A stretch of 64,000 nt of DNA from contig CADBQN010000037.1 in assembly GCA_902796855.1 (NCBI GenBank), forward strand, positions 761-64,760. Direction: 5' to 3'. The notes under the pieces are model-generated. The model searched no databases. It had not been told where the DNA came from and saw only the letters and a program-made list of their open reading frames with translations. Positions within the stretch are counted from its first letter, which is position 1. Each line of letters begins with the position of its first letter. Positions 35,037 to 45,625 of this stretch are shown here, in pieces. Origin of the DNA: an uncultured Bacillota bacterium. GTDB lineage: Bacteria; Bacillota; Dehalobacteriia; UBA7702. A program made the translations under genes and the position numbers.

Positions 35037-37688
35037 TTATTCGCCGCGTTTTTCGCGAATGGCGGCCTGGGCGGCGGCCAGACGGGCGATGGGCACCCGG
35101 TAAGGCGAGCAGCTGACAAAGTCGAGGCCGAGGCGGTGGCAGAGATCGATGGAATCGGGGTCGCCGCCGTGTTCGCCGCAGATGCCGATGAGGAAGTCGG
35201 GCTTGACTTCTCTGGCGCCTTCAATGGCGATGTTCATCAGTTTGCCGACGCCCTTTTCATCCAGGGAGACGAAGGGGCTGATGGGCAGGACTTTCTGTTC
35301 CACATAGGAGTGGAGGAACTTCCCTTCGGCGTCGTCGCGGGAGAAGCCGAAAGTCGTCTGGGTCAGGTCGTTGGTGCCGAAGGAGAAGAAATCGGCTTCC
35401 ACGGCGAGCTCATCGGTGGTGAGAGCGGCCCGGGGCACTTCGACCATGGTGCCGACGGTATAGGAGAACTTGACGTTTTCTCTCGCCATGATTTCTTTGG
35501 CGACTTCGTCGACGATGGCGCGGAGACGATGGAACTCATTGATATGCACGACGAGGGGAATTTCCACTTCGGGAACGACTTCCACGCCTTCCTTCGTCAG
35601 GTCGGCGCAGGCTTCAAAGACGGCTCTGGCCTGCATTTCGTAGATTTCCGGATAGGTGATGCCGAGGCGGCAGCCGCGGTGACCGAGCATCGGGTTGAAT
35701 TCGGAGAGGGCGACGACTTTCTTCATCAGCTCTTCCTTTTCGGCGATGACGGCGGGGTCGCCGTTGGTGCATTTCAGCGTCGTGATTTCCACCAGGAGGT
35801 CTTCCTTGTTGGGGAGGAACTCATGGAGCGGCGGATCCAGGAAGCGGATGGTAACGGGGAAACCGGCCATGACTTTGAGGATACCGTAGAAATCACCTTT
35901 CTGCATCGGCAGGAGCTTCGCCAGAGCGGCTTTGCGGCCTTCCACGTCGTCGGCCATGATCATTTCCTGAACGGCGGGGAGACGGTCCACTTCCATGAAC
36001 ATATGCTCCGTTCTGGTGAGGCCAATGCCCTGGGCGCCGAAATCGCGGGCTTTCTGGGCGTCGGGCGGATTGTCGGCGTTGGCGCGGACGCCGAGGGTAC
36101 GGACGTCGTCGGCCCAGCCGAGGTATTTTTCAAAATTGTCGTCCATGGCGGAGGAGGTCATCGGCACTTCACCGATGAAGATGCGGCCGGTGGCGCCGTC
36201 GATGGAGACGATGTCGTTTTCGGTGAGGGTTTCGCCGCCGATGGTGACTTTCTTCCCTTCGGCGTCGATGTTCAGGGCTTCGGCGCCGCAGACGGCGGGA
36301 ACGCCCATGCCCCGGGCCAGGACCGCCGCGTGGGAGGTCATACCGCCGTGGCTCGTCAGGATCCCCTGAGCCTGCACCATGCCGTGAATGTCCTCGGGGG
36401 TGGTTTCGGTGCGGATCAGGATGACTTTTTCACCGGCTTTGCCCATTTCCTCGGCGGTGTCGGCGTCAAAGACGCATTTGCCGCAGGCGGCGCCGGGGGA
36501 GGCGGGGAGACCGCCGGCGACGGCTTCGATCTTCGCTTTCGGGTCGATGCCGGGGTGGAGCAGCTGGTTGATCTGGAGGGGATCGAGGCGCATCAGCGCT
36601 TCTTCCTTATCGATGAGGCCTTCTTCCACCATTTCAACGGCGGCGCGGACAGCGGCGGCAGCGGTGCGCTTGCCGTTTCTCGTCTGGAGCATAAAGAGCT
36701 TGCCGCGTTCAACGGTGAATTCCATATCCTGCATATCGCGGTAATGTTTTTCCAGGGTGGAGGCGATGTTCAGGAACTGCCCGTAGACTTCGGGCATATC
36801 CTGTTCCAGGCTGGCGATGGGCTGGGGAGTGCGGATCCCGGCGACGACGTCTTCGCCCTGGGCGTTGATGAGGTATTCGCCAAAGAGGCCCTTTTCGCCG
36901 GTGGCGGGATTGCGGGTAAAGGCCACGCCGGTGCCGCAGTCGTTGCCCATGTTCCCAAAGACCATGCACTGGACGTTGACGGCGGTGCCGAGGTCATCGG
37001 GGATCTTGTTGGCTTTGCGGTAATAGATGGCGCGGTCGGAATTCCAGGAGCGGAACACGGCCATAACGGCTAAGAGAAGCTGTTTTTCCGGTTCCTGGGG
37101 GAATTCGTCGCCGGTGCCTTCTTTATAGATGGCTTTGTAGGTGTCGATGAGGCCGGCCAGAGCTTCGGCGGAGAGCTGATGGTCGTGCTGAACGCCTTCG
37201 GCGTCTCTCAGTTTGGCGAGAGCGTTTTCAAAGAGGGCGGCGTCCACGCCCATGGCCACGTCGCCGAACATCTGGATAAAGCGGCGGTAGCAGTCCAAAG
37301 CGAAGCGGCGGTTATCGGTGGCGGCGGCCATGCCTTCCACCGTATCGTCATTGAGACCGAGATTCAAGATGGTGTCCATCATCCCGGGCATCGAGATCTT
37401 CGCGCCGGAACGGACGGAGACAAGAAGCGGGTTTTCTCTGTCGCCCAATTTTTTGCCGATGGTTTCTTCCACGACTTTGAGTTTTTCCTTCAGTTCCTCC
37501 TCAAGGCCGGCGGGAAGCTGCTCGTTCTGAACGTAGTATTCATTGCAGGCTTCGGTCGTAATGGTCAAACCGGGAGGTACCGGCAGGCCGATGTTGGTCA
37601 TTTCGGCAAGGTTGGCGCCCTTCCCCCCTAAAAGTTCTCTCATCTCGCTGTTACCTTCGTTAAAAAGGTAAACATACTTCTTACTCAT
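35037..37688 (-). CDS. ppdK: Pyruvate phosphate dikinase
   Basis: LLGGKGANLAEM, SMPGMMDT, GGMTSHAAV, FSFGTNDLTQ, GICGEHGG. Confidence 0.98.
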   Translation of the reverse strand: MSKKYVYLFNEGNSEMRELLGGKGANLAEMTNIGLPVPPGLTITTEACNEYYVQNEQLPAGLEEELKEKLKVVEETIGKKLGDRENPLLVSVRSGAKISMPGMMDTILNLGLNDDTVEGMAAATDNRRFALDCYRRFIQMFGDVAMGVDAALFENALAKLRDAEGVQHDHQLSAEALAGLIDTYKAIYKEGTGDEFPQEPEKQLLLAVMAVFRSWNSDRAIYYRKANKIPDDLGTAVNVQCMVFGNMGNDCGTGVAFTRNPATGEKGLFGEYLINAQGEDVVAGIRTPQPIASLEQDMPEVYGQFLNIASTLEKHYRDMQDMEFTVERGKLFMLQTRNGKRTAAAAVRAAVEMVEEGLIDKEEALMRLDPLQINQLLHPGIDPKAKIEAVAGGLPASPGAACGKCVFDADTAEEMGKAGEKVILIRTETTPEDIHGMVQAQGILTSHGGMTSHAAVLARGMGVPAVCGAEALNIDAEGKKVTIGGETLTENDIVSIDGATGRIFIGEVPMTSSAMDDNFEKYLGWADDVRTLGVRANADNPPDAQKARDFGAQGIGLTRTEHMFMEVDRLPAVQEMIMADDVEGRKAALAKLLPMQKGDFYGILKVMAGFPVTIRFLDPPLHEFLPNKEDLLVEITTLKCTNGDPAVIAEKEELMKKVVALSEFNPMLGHRGCRLGITYPEIYEMQARAVFEACADLTKEGVEVVPEVEIPLVVHINEFHRLRAIVDEVAKEIMARENVKFSYTVGTMVEVPRAALTTDELAVEADFFSFGTNDLTQTTFGFSRDDAEGKFLHSYVEQKVLPISPFVSLDEKGVGKLMNIAIEGAREVKPDFLIGICGEHGGDPDSIDLCHRLGLDFVSCSPYRVPIARLAAAQAAIREKRGE

Positions 37689-38496
37689 GAAGTGCCTCCT
37701 TATAGATTTCTAATATATTTCCTGCCGTTTCCTCCACCGCTTTGTTGGTGACATCCAGCACGCGGCAGCCGAGACGGCGGTAAACCTTGTTGGCGTAGTC
37801 CAGCTCTTCCAAAAGCCGGTTGGGGTCGGCGTAATTGGTGCCGCAGGCGGCGGCGCCCATGATCCTCAGCCGTTCGCTGCGGATCTCGTTCAAAACGCCG
37901 GGACGGATCGTCAGGCCGATGAGTTTTCGGCGGGGAAGCTCCGCAACAACCTGAGGCAAAGGGACCTCGGGGACGAGAGGCAGATTGGCCACGCGGAGAC
38001 CCCGGTTGGCCAGATACATCGAGACCGGCGTTTTCGACGTCCGGGAGACGCCCAAAATCACCAGATCCGCCCCGCGAAAGCCGCGGGGGTCTTTGCCGTC
38101 GTCGTACTGAACGGCGAATTCCACGGCGGAAACGCGGTGGAAGTAATCCTCGTCGAGCTGACGGAGTTTGCCCACCTCATAGCCGGGAGCCAGGCGAAAG
38201 CCGGTGGCGATGGCGTCGATGCAGGGCGAGAGCACATCCACGGCGGTGACGTCCCTTGCCGCGGTCTCCGCCCACATCACGCTCTTCAGATCCGGCGTGA
38301 CCAGGGTATAGAAAATCACGGCTTTTTCCGCGGCGGCCTCGGCGACGATCTCGCCGATCCGGGCGGCGTCGTCGACCCGATGAAAGCGGCGCGTTTCCAG
38401 GGCGCCGTCGCTGAACTGCGACAGCGCTGCCTTGGCGACGACTTCCGCCGTCTCGCCGATGGAGTCGGAAACAATGTATACGTAGTGATCAGCCAT
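37681..38496 (-). CDS. PPDK regulatory kinase/pyrophosphorylase (YqfL/PpsR family)
   Basis: SDSIGETAE, YDDGKD, GVSRTSKTP, AVEETA. Confidence 0.93.
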   Translation of the reverse strand: MADHYVYIVSDSIGETAEVVAKAALSQFSDGALETRRFHRVDDAARIGEIVAEAAAEKAVIFYTLVTPDLKSVMWAETAARDVTAVDVLSPCIDAIATGFRLAPGYEVGKLRQLDEDYFHRVSAVEFAVQYDDGKDPRGFRGADLVILGVSRTSKTPVSMYLANRGLRVANLPLVPEVPLPQVVAELPRRKLIGLTIRPGVLNEIRSERLRIMGAAACGTNYADPNRLLEELDYANKVYRRLGCRVLDVTNKAVEETAGNILEIYKEALHE

Positions 38497-38644
38497 ATGC
38501 ACCTCATTCACGTCAAAACGCGGCGGCGGCTCTCTCCAAAAGAAAAAAGACGGTAAAACTTCCGCGCCGGCGCGGACCCGCGCCGGAGACGAAGATTTTT
38601 TACCGAATTTCAGTTTCAATAGACCGCTTTCCCCGTACACATTT

Positions 38645-38672
38645 ATTGTATACGATAAAAATCCCATGTCAA
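38645..38672 (-). promoter_or_regulatory. sigmaA promoter of the regulator-ppdK operon
   Basis: TTGACA-N16-TACAAT. Confidence 0.65.
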
Positions 38673-38816
38673 GGGATTTCCGCGAAATTGACGGAGTTTT
38701 TTTGTCTTTTTTCTGAAAATAAATGAAGAATTACCGCATTTTTGTTAATCGATTTATAAGATTTTTTTCATTGTTCTTTTATGGAACAAATCGGCGGCAT
38801 ATGGTATGATACAGAT

Positions 38817-38912
38817 AACCGGGAAAGTAAACGCACTGTTCCTTTCCTTCTCCTTTCTTTTTTCCCTTTCATAAAAGTTCCCCGCGCCGAACGGCACGGG
38901 GAACCTTTTTTT
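38817..38912 (+). ncRNA. Candidate small regulatory RNA with C/U-rich anti-SD tract
   Basis: Extended -10 TGGTATGAT (38802-38810), tract TTCCTTTCCTTCTCCTTTC, terminator GTTCCCCG...CGGGGAAC followed by a T run. Confidence 0.5.
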
Positions 38913-39063
38913 ACCGACGCGGCAAAACGGGTCACGAAAGTTTTAAAAATGTTCCACCGAACGTCTATGGCTTTTTGCGGCAAATCGGGTTATTCTGTTA
39001 GTGGGTTATTTATATATATTTTGTTGTTTTACTTCTTCTCCGAAATAACAACAGGAACCCCGG

Positions 39064-39093
39064 ACCCCCGCGATTTCATTCGCGGGGGTTTTT
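39064..39093. terminator. Hairpin downstream of glyS
   Basis: ACCCCCGCGA-TTTCAT-TCGCGGGGGT. Confidence 0.65.
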
Positions 39094-39107
39094 GGTTTGA
39101 CACGTCT

Positions 39108-41183
39108 TTATTTCGCCATAACGATCTGCGTGAAATCGGCGGCTTTCAGCATATCGTCGCTGATGGCTCTAAGCAGGCCGAGGCGGCTCGCTTTCAGCGC
39201 TTCGTCGTCGCACATCACCATGATGTCGGTGAGGAAAGCGTCGATGGGGGCGCGGAGAGCGGCAATGGCGGAAAAGGCCGCTTTGAAATCGTCCTTCGCC
39301 AAGGAGGCGGAAAGCTCTTCCTTAAAGCGCTTCCCGGCGGCGACCAGCTGCCGTTCGGCGTCTTCCGTCAGCAGACTTTCGTCAAAGACGGCGCTTTCGG
39401 CGTTCTTCGCCAGATTGTTGACGCGGGTGAAGCCCGCCATCAGCGGCTCGAAATCAGCGTCGCCGCGGAAGGCTTCCAGCGCCTCGCCCTTGCGGCGGAT
39501 GAGGCAAAAATCGTCGGGCGTATCGCTCATCACGGCGTTGACGGTGTCATAGCTCAGTCCCTCGTCGCTGAGGACGTTGTTGAGCCGCTGGGCCATAAAG
39601 GCGTAGACCCGTTCTTTCGTTTCCTCTTTCGACTTTTTCGTTTCATAGCCGGCGGCGATCTGCGCGTAGGCCACGTCGACGAGGGCGCCGAAATCCAGCG
39701 TGAGGCCGCCGTTTAAGATAATCTGGGTGATGCCCATGGCCTGACGGCGCAGGGCGTAGGGGTCCTGGGAACCGGTAGGTTCCAGATCCATCGAAAAGAA
39801 ACCGACGACACTGTCGATCTTGTCGGCGATGGAGACGATCATCCCCAAAAGGCTTTCGGGGAGGTCGTCACCGGCGAACCGGGGCATATAGCTTTCGCGG
39901 ATGCTCCGCCCCACTTCGACGTCTTCGCCCTGGGCGACGCTGTAATACTCGCCCATGATCCCCTGGAGCTCGGGGAATTCATAGACCATGTTGGAGACAA
40001 GGTCGGCCTTGGCCAGATACGCGCCGCGGCGGGCCTTTTCCTCATCGGCGCCGAGGTTCTTCGCCAGATACCCGGCGAGATCCACCATGCGTTCCACCTT
40101 TTCGTAGAGGGTGCCCATGGTGATGTGGAAGACGATGGGCTTCAGCCGTTCCACGTTGGAGCCGAGGTCAATCTTGAGATCCTCGTCATAAAAGAACTCG
40201 GCGTCGGCGAGACGGGCGCGGAGCACCTTTTCGTTGCCGGCGGTAACGATATCGATGTGACGGGGCAGACCGTTGCGGACGGTGACAAAGTGCGGGAGCA
40301 GATTGCCGTTCTCATCGGTCACGGGGAAATAACGCTGGTGCTCCTTCATCGGCGTGATGACGGCTTCCTTCGGGATGCGCAGGTATTTTTCCTCAAAGGA
40401 GCCCATCAGCGCCGTGGGATATTCCAAAAGGAAGACGACTTCGTCGAGGAGCTCCTCGTCCTTCTCAACGAGGACATGATGCTCCCGCTCGATGGCGGCG
40501 ATCTGCTCTTTGATGACGGCGCGGCGTTCCTCGGGATCCACCATCACGTAGTTCTCCCGCAGCTGATCCACGTAGGTGCCGGGATTTTCAATGACGACGT
40601 CGCCGCTGCCGTAGAAGCGGTGGCTCCGGGAGACGCGGCCGCTCTCCACATCGACGATGCGGACGGGAACAATCTCTTCGCCGAAGAGGGCGACGATCCA
40701 GTGAATGGGACGGATAAAACGCAGGTCGTGGTCGCTCCAGCGCATCGGTTTCGGGAATTTGAGGCTGAGCACCGTTTTCGCGAGGAGCTCCGGCAGAATC
40801 GCCATGGCGCTTTCGCCTTTTTCCTCTTTGACGGCAAAGACGTATTCGCCGCCTTTCAGCGCCCGGATGGTGATGTCCTCGGCGCTGAGCCCCTTGGAGC
40901 GCAAAAACCCTTCCAACGCTCTGGTGGGGCTGCCCTCGGCGTCAAAGGCGGCTTTCCGGGCCGGCCCTTTGATCTCCTCTTTCAAATCCTTCTGCTGTTC
41001 GGCGAGACCGTCGACGAAGAGGGTCAGGCGGCGGGGCGTACCCATGCCGCGGACGTTTTCAAAATCAAGGCGCGCTTCGGTCAGCGCTTTTTTCGCCGCT
41101 TCGACGAGGCCGCTGATGCTCCCGGCCATAAAACGGGCGGGAATCTCTTCCACGCCGATTTCAAATAAAAGATCTCTTGCCAT
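39108..41183 (-). CDS. glyS: Glycine--tRNA ligase beta subunit
   Basis: LFEIGVEEIP, TPRRL, FIRPIHWI, HQRYF, GNEKVLRARLADA, SQDPYALRR. Confidence 0.98.
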   Translation of the reverse strand: MARDLLFEIGVEEIPARFMAGSISGLVEAAKKALTEARLDFENVRGMGTPRRLTLFVDGLAEQQKDLKEEIKGPARKAAFDAEGSPTRALEGFLRSKGLSAEDITIRALKGGEYVFAVKEEKGESAMAILPELLAKTVLSLKFPKPMRWSDHDLRFIRPIHWIVALFGEEIVPVRIVDVESGRVSRSHRFYGSGDVVIENPGTYVDQLRENYVMVDPEERRAVIKEQIAAIEREHHVLVEKDEELLDEVVFLLEYPTALMGSFEEKYLRIPKEAVITPMKEHQRYFPVTDENGNLLPHFVTVRNGLPRHIDIVTAGNEKVLRARLADAEFFYDEDLKIDLGSNVERLKPIVFHITMGTLYEKVERMVDLAGYLAKNLGADEEKARRGAYLAKADLVSNMVYEFPELQGIMGEYYSVAQGEDVEVGRSIRESYMPRFAGDDLPESLLGMIVSIADKIDSVVGFFSMDLEPTGSQDPYALRRQAMGITQIILNGGLTLDFGALVDVAYAQIAAGYETKKSKEETKERVYAFMAQRLNNVLSDEGLSYDTVNAVMSDTPDDFCLIRRKGEALEAFRGDADFEPLMAGFTRVNNLAKNAESAVFDESLLTEDAERQLVAAGKRFKEELSASLAKDDFKAAFSAIAALRAPIDAFLTDIMVMCDDEALKASRLGLLRAISDDMLKAADFTQIVMAK

Positions 41184-41184
41184 C

Positions 41185-42102
41185 TTATTTTCCTCCTTTC
41201 AGCGGGGAAAGTCCCATCGCCGCGCGTTTCGCCTCGTCTTTGATCAGCGGATAACCGAGCCGTTCGCGCTGGGCGCAGTAGGCTTCGGCGGCGATCCGGG
41301 CCAGATTGCGGACGCGGAAAATGTAGTTCTGCCGTTCCGCCACGGAAATGGCGTTCCTGGCGTCGAGGAGATTAAAGGTGTGGGAGCATTTGAGGATATA
41401 ATCATACCCCGGGAGCACCAGTCCCTTATCGAGGACGCGGGTGGCTTCCTTTTCGTACATATCGTAGAGCTTGAAGAGCATGTCGATATCGGCTTCCTCA
41501 AAGTTATAGTGGCTGTGTTCCACCTCGCCCTGATGATGGACGTCGCCGTAGGTGATGCCGTCGACCCATTCGATGTCGTAGACGCTGTCCACCTTCTGAA
41601 TGAACATGGCCAGCCGCTCGATGCCGTAGGTGATCTCCCCGGAGACGGGTTTACAGTCGATGCCGCCGAACTGCTGGAAGTAGGTGAACTGGGTCACTTC
41701 CATGCCGTCGAGCCAGACTTCCCAGCCGAGGCCCCAGGCGCCGAGGTTGGCGCTTTCCCAGTTGTCCTCCACAAGGCGGATATCGTGTTCGTCGGGGTCA
41801 ATGCCGATGGCCTTGAGGCTGTCCATGTAGAGTTCCACGATGTTTTCCGGCGACGGCTTTAAGATGACCTGATACTGATAGTAATGCTGGAGCCGGTTGG
41901 GGTTCTCGCCGTAGCGGCCGTCGGTGGGACGGCGGGACGGTTCCACATAGGCCACGTTCCACGGTTCCGGGCCCAAAGCGCGGAGCGCCGTAGCCGGGTT
42001 CATCGTCCCGGCGCCTTTTTCCATATCGTAGGGCTGCTGGATGATGCAGCCCTGTTTCCCCCAGAACTCATTGAGGGTCAGGATGAGGTCTTGAAAATTC
42101 AT
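41185..42102 (-). CDS. glyQ: Glycine--tRNA ligase alpha subunit
   Basis: [49 protein letters not shown]. Confidence 0.98.
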   Translation of the reverse strand: MNFQDLILTLNEFWGKQGCIIQQPYDMEKGAGTMNPATALRALGPEPWNVAYVEPSRRPTDGRYGENPNRLQHYYQYQVILKPSPENIVELYMDSLKAIGIDPDEHDIRLVEDNWESANLGAWGLGWEVWLDGMEVTQFTYFQQFGGIDCKPVSGEITYGIERLAMFIQKVDSVYDIEWVDGITYGDVHHQGEVEHSHYNFEEADIDMLFKLYDMYEKEATRVLDKGLVLPGYDYILKCSHTFNLLDARNAISVAERQNYIFRVRNLARIAAEAYCAQRERLGYPLIKDEAKRAAMGLSPLKGGK

Positions 42103-42144
42103 TTTTTCACTCCTTCGGTTTTTAACTTTATCTGTGATCGGACG

Positions 42145-42345
42145 AAATAAAAAAACTCCCCCGCCGCAAGGGACGGCCAAAGCCGCGGTTCCACCCTTTT
42201 TGACAGAAAAGTCCTCTCATGAGCCGTATAACGGCGGCAGGCCGGCGGTGATGAGACCGCTGCTCCGGGGCGCCTTCTCTCTCCACGCCGCCTCTCACCG
42301 CCGCGGCTCGCTTGTTTCGGAAAGATACTTGTTCCCTTCATCGCG
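42145..42345 (-). ncRNA. T-box riboswitch, Gly (GGC) specifier
   Basis: AAGGGTGGAACCGCG T-box plus terminator; specifier GAA-GGC-G (42274-42272); upstream of glyQ; promoter TTGACA-N17-TACATT at 42396-42368. Confidence 0.9.
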
Positions 42346-42434
42346 TTTCGTTTTCGTGTACCTATATAATGTATCAAATCGCCGCGCCGATGTCAAGTCC
42401 AACCTGTTGTTTTCCCGCGGCGGAACGGCGGCCG

Positions 42435-43163
42435 TCAGGGCCGCAGCTGTTTCAAAATATCCAGGGACTTCACCTTTTTCTCAAGGCTCGTCTCAATGAG
42501 CCGCCGCGTCACGGCGGCAAGGAGCTCCAGCGTCGCCTCATCCACCTTTAAGCGGCGGACGAGACCGATCTCGGCGGAGACGAGGTATTTCAGGGCGAAC
42601 AGCGCCTTGGGAGGGACCTCAAAACCGCCGCCGCAGCGGCCGCAGGTCAGCCCGGCGGCCCGGGGGCCGAAAAAGCCGTTCCGCAGCGGCGCGCCGCAGA
42701 GCGCGCAGGTGCCGAAATCCGGCGCGTAGCCCGAAAGCGTCAGCAGGCGGAGTTCAAAGAACCGCGCCAAAAGCGCCGGTTCCGTCGCCGAAAGCTCCTT
42801 TAAAGCGCCGTCCAGGAGGTCAAAGAGCGTCGGATCGGGCTGATCCTCGGGAACGAAGTCGTTGAGCAGCTCCAGAAAATAGGACATATAAAAGTAGCGG
42901 TCGGCGTTTTCCCGGTTGGCGGGATACGTCTCCTTCGCCTGGGCCGAAGCGATGGTGGGCAGCCCCCGGCCGCGCACCAGCTGCAGGTCGCACCTGTTGC
43001 CGAGCTGCAGGTGGCCCTTGAGTTTGCTCTTCGGCTTCCGCACCCCCCGGGCCACGGCGGAGAACTTCCCCTCTTCCCGGCCAAAGCAGGTAAAGATGCG
43101 GTTCCCCTCGCCGTAGCTGACGGCGCGGAGCAGGATGGCGTCGGCGGACAGATGTTTCTCCAT
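42435..43163 (-). CDS. recO: DNA repair protein RecO
   Basis: YGEGNRI, ARGVRKPKSKL, FELRLL..GYAP, CxxC..CxxC. Confidence 0.93.
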   Translation of the reverse strand: MEKHLSADAILLRAVSYGEGNRIFTCFGREEGKFSAVARGVRKPKSKLKGHLQLGNRCDLQLVRGRGLPTIASAQAKETYPANRENADRYFYMSYFLELLNDFVPEDQPDPTLFDLLDGALKELSATEPALLARFFELRLLTLSGYAPDFGTCALCGAPLRNGFFGPRAAGLTCGRCGGGFEVPPKALFALKYLVSAEIGLVRRLKVDEATLELLAAVTRRLIETSLEKKVKSLDILKQLRP

Positions 43164-43176
43164 GGCGTCACGCTCC

Positions 43177-44547
43177 TCAGATAAGGTTCAGCAGCAGGGG
43201 CATAAAGGCCGAGGCCAGAACGGAATAGATCAGCAGGCCGATGATGTCGATGCCGGTGCTGATGAAGGGCGCCGAGGCCACCGCCGGATCGATGCCGACG
43301 CGTTTCAGCGTCAGCGGCACAAAGGTGCCGATGAAGGCCGAAAGGAACATATTGCAGAGCAGCGTCACGCCGACGAGGAGGCTCAGCGCCGGGCTTTTGA
43401 GCCAGACATAGGCCACGACGCAGAGAACGACGGCGCAGCAGACGCCGGCGATAAGGCCGACGCAGGATTCTCTCAGAACATTGATGAAGATGCGGGAGGA
43501 ATCGACCTGGCCCGTGGAGATCCCGCGCACCGTCACGGTGGAGCTCTGAGTACCGACGTTGCCGCCGAGCCCCAGCAGCAGCGGGATGAAATAGGCCAAA
43601 GCGACGACGGCCTCGAGGTCCGCCTCAATGTTGTTCATGATGAGCCCCGAGACGAAGCCGCCGAACAGCGTCACCAGCAGCCAGGGCAGCCGCGCCCGGA
43701 CAGCCTTGACGATCTTTTCGCCAAAGTGATCGTCCTCGTCGAGCTCATCCTCGCTGGAACCGGCCATACGCAGGACGTCCTCGGTGGTTTCTTCTTCGAT
43801 GACGTCCAGGATGTCGTCGACGGTGATGATGCCGACGAGGCGGTGATCCTTGTCGGTGACGGGGATCGCCATGATGTCGTAGCGCGAGACCAGGGAAGCG
43901 ACTTCTTCCTGGTCGGTATAGTCGGTGACGAACTTCACCCGGGTGTGCATGATGTGCTCAATGGTCCAGTTCGGCGGTGTGACGATGAGGTCTCTCAGCG
44001 ACAGCACGCCGACGAGGACGCCGTCGTCATCGACGACGTACACATAGTAGACCGTTTCCGCCGACGGCGCGTTCTCACGCAGGATGTTGATGGCCTCCTC
44101 GGCGGTGACGTTTTCGTTCAGCGCCACAAATTCCGTGGTCATGATGGAACCGGCGGTATCTTCCGGGTAGACCATCAGTTCCCGGACGTCTTCGGCGTCT
44201 TCGTCCTCCATCATGTCGAGGAGGGCGTTCTGTTCGGTGGGTTCCAGTTCTCCGAGAATATCCGCGACATCGTCAAGATTCATCGAATCGAGAATCGCCG
44301 AGCCTTTGACCTCGCCGAGGGCGCTGAGGATTTCCGGCGCCAGGTCGGGATCGAGATAGGTCATGATCTCCCCGGTGATATCGGCGGGGAGGTATTTCAG
44401 GATCTTAATGACCGTATCCGTTTCCAGCTCCGACAGGAGCTCCCCGATATCAACGGGAGCCGAGGGCGCGAGAATGGCGGCAATCGCGGGATAATCACGG
44501 TTTTCCAGGAACGGAGAGATCCGTTCCATTTTTTCCTTGATATCCAT
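43177..44547 (-). CDS. mgtE: Magnesium transporter MgtE
   Basis: YPEDTAGSIMT, CBS pair, RLPWL, GGNVGTQS, DPAVASAPFI. Confidence 0.96.
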   Translation of the reverse strand: MDIKEKMERISPFLENRDYPAIAAILAPSAPVDIGELLSELETDTVIKILKYLPADITGEIMTYLDPDLAPEILSALGEVKGSAILDSMNLDDVADILGELEPTEQNALLDMMEDEDAEDVRELMVYPEDTAGSIMTTEFVALNENVTAEEAINILRENAPSAETVYYVYVVDDDGVLVGVLSLRDLIVTPPNWTIEHIMHTRVKFVTDYTDQEEVASLVSRYDIMAIPVTDKDHRLVGIITVDDILDVIEEETTEDVLRMAGSSEDELDEDDHFGEKIVKAVRARLPWLLVTLFGGFVSGLIMNNIEADLEAVVALAYFIPLLLGLGGNVGTQSSTVTVRGISTGQVDSSRIFINVLRESCVGLIAGVCCAVVLCVVAYVWLKSPALSLLVGVTLLCNMFLSAFIGTFVPLTLKRVGIDPAVASAPFISTGIDIIGLLIYSVLASAFMPLLLNLI

Positions 44548-44591
44548 GATTCATTTCCTTTCCCCGAGGGAAACGAAATCGGAAAGCGGAT

Positions 44592-44666
44592 TCAGCCGAT
44601 GTTTCCCTCGTCTGTTTTGTTGTCTTTCAAAGATGCTTTTTCACGCCATCGAGGGACACCGTCCAT
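44592..44666 (-). CDS. Candidate 24-aa leader peptide (uORF) of mgtE
   Basis: RBS AAAGGAAGTGAG then MDGVPRWREKASLKDNKTDEGNIG*; its stop lies inside a hairpin abutting the mgtE RBS. Confidence 0.35.
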   Translation of the reverse strand: MDGVPRWREKASLKDNKTDEGNIG

Positions 44667-44715
44667 GGTCTCACTTCCTTTCATGCCGGAGCTTTCTCCG
44701 GGAAAATAAAGCATA

Positions 44716-45624
44716 TCATTCGTCTAAGGTCTTTTTGTCAAAACCGAAATTGCGCAGGTAGATTTCCTTGTTGCGCCAGTCCTTTTTCACCTTGACCCAC
44801 AGTTCCAGATAAAACTTGGAGCCGAGGGTCCGTTCCATCTCGATCCGGGCGGCGCGCCCGATCTTTTTCAGCATCGCGCCGTGCTTGCCGATGAGGATGC
44901 CCTTTTGGGACTCGCGCTCGGTGTAAATGACGGCGCTGGCGTAAACGGTGCCGTCGGGCCGTTCCCTCACTTCCAGCATTTCCACGGCGACGGCGTGGGG
45001 GATCTCGTCGCTCGTCGATTCCAGCACCTTCTCGCGGACGATCTCCGCCATGATGGCCCGTTCCGGCTGGTCGGTCACCATGTCCTCCGGATAGTAGCAG
45101 GGGCCTTCCGGCAGGTAGGAGACGACCGTTTCCAAAAGCCGGTCCACATTATCCCTTTTCAGCGCCGAGACCGGCACGATCTCGGCAAAGGGAAAGCGCT
45201 CGCTGTATTCGGCGGTCAGCCGGAAGAGATCTTCCTTCTGCATCAGGTCGATCTTGTTCAGCAGCAGAAAAACAGGGACGTCCTTCGGCAGGGAGGAGAT
45301 GATAAAGGCCTCCCCTTTGCCGTAGGGCTCGTGACCGTCGACGATGTAGAAAATGACGTCCACGCCGCTGACGGCGCTTTTGGCCGCCTCGTTCATGAAC
45401 TCGCCGAGTTTATGCTTGGGTTTGTGGATCCCCGGCGTGTCGATAAAGATCAGCTGGGCGCTGTCGGTGGTGTAAAAGCCGCGGATCTTGTTTTGGGTCG
45501 TCTGGGGCTTATCAGAGACGATGGCGATCTTCTGTTCAAGGATCGTGTTCATCAGCGTGCTCTTGCCGGCGTTGGGCCGGCCGATGATGGTGATGAACCC
45601 GGAGCGGAAGGGGGTCTTTGTCAT
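44716..45624 (-). CDS. era: GTPase Era
   Basis: GRPNAGKST, DTPG, NKID, KH domain GILIGKHG. Confidence 0.97.
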   Translation of the reverse strand: MTKTPFRSGFITIIGRPNAGKSTLMNTILEQKIAIVSDKPQTTQNKIRGFYTTDSAQLIFIDTPGIHKPKHKLGEFMNEAAKSAVSGVDVIFYIVDGHEPYGKGEAFIISSLPKDVPVFLLLNKIDLMQKEDLFRLTAEYSERFPFAEIVPVSALKRDNVDRLLETVVSYLPEGPCYYPEDMVTDQPERAIMAEIVREKVLESTSDEIPHAVAVEMLEVRERPDGTVYASAVIYTERESQKGILIGKHGAMLKKIGRAARIEMERTLGSKFYLELWVKVKKDWRNKEIYLRNFGFDKKTLDE

Positions 45625-45625
45625 A

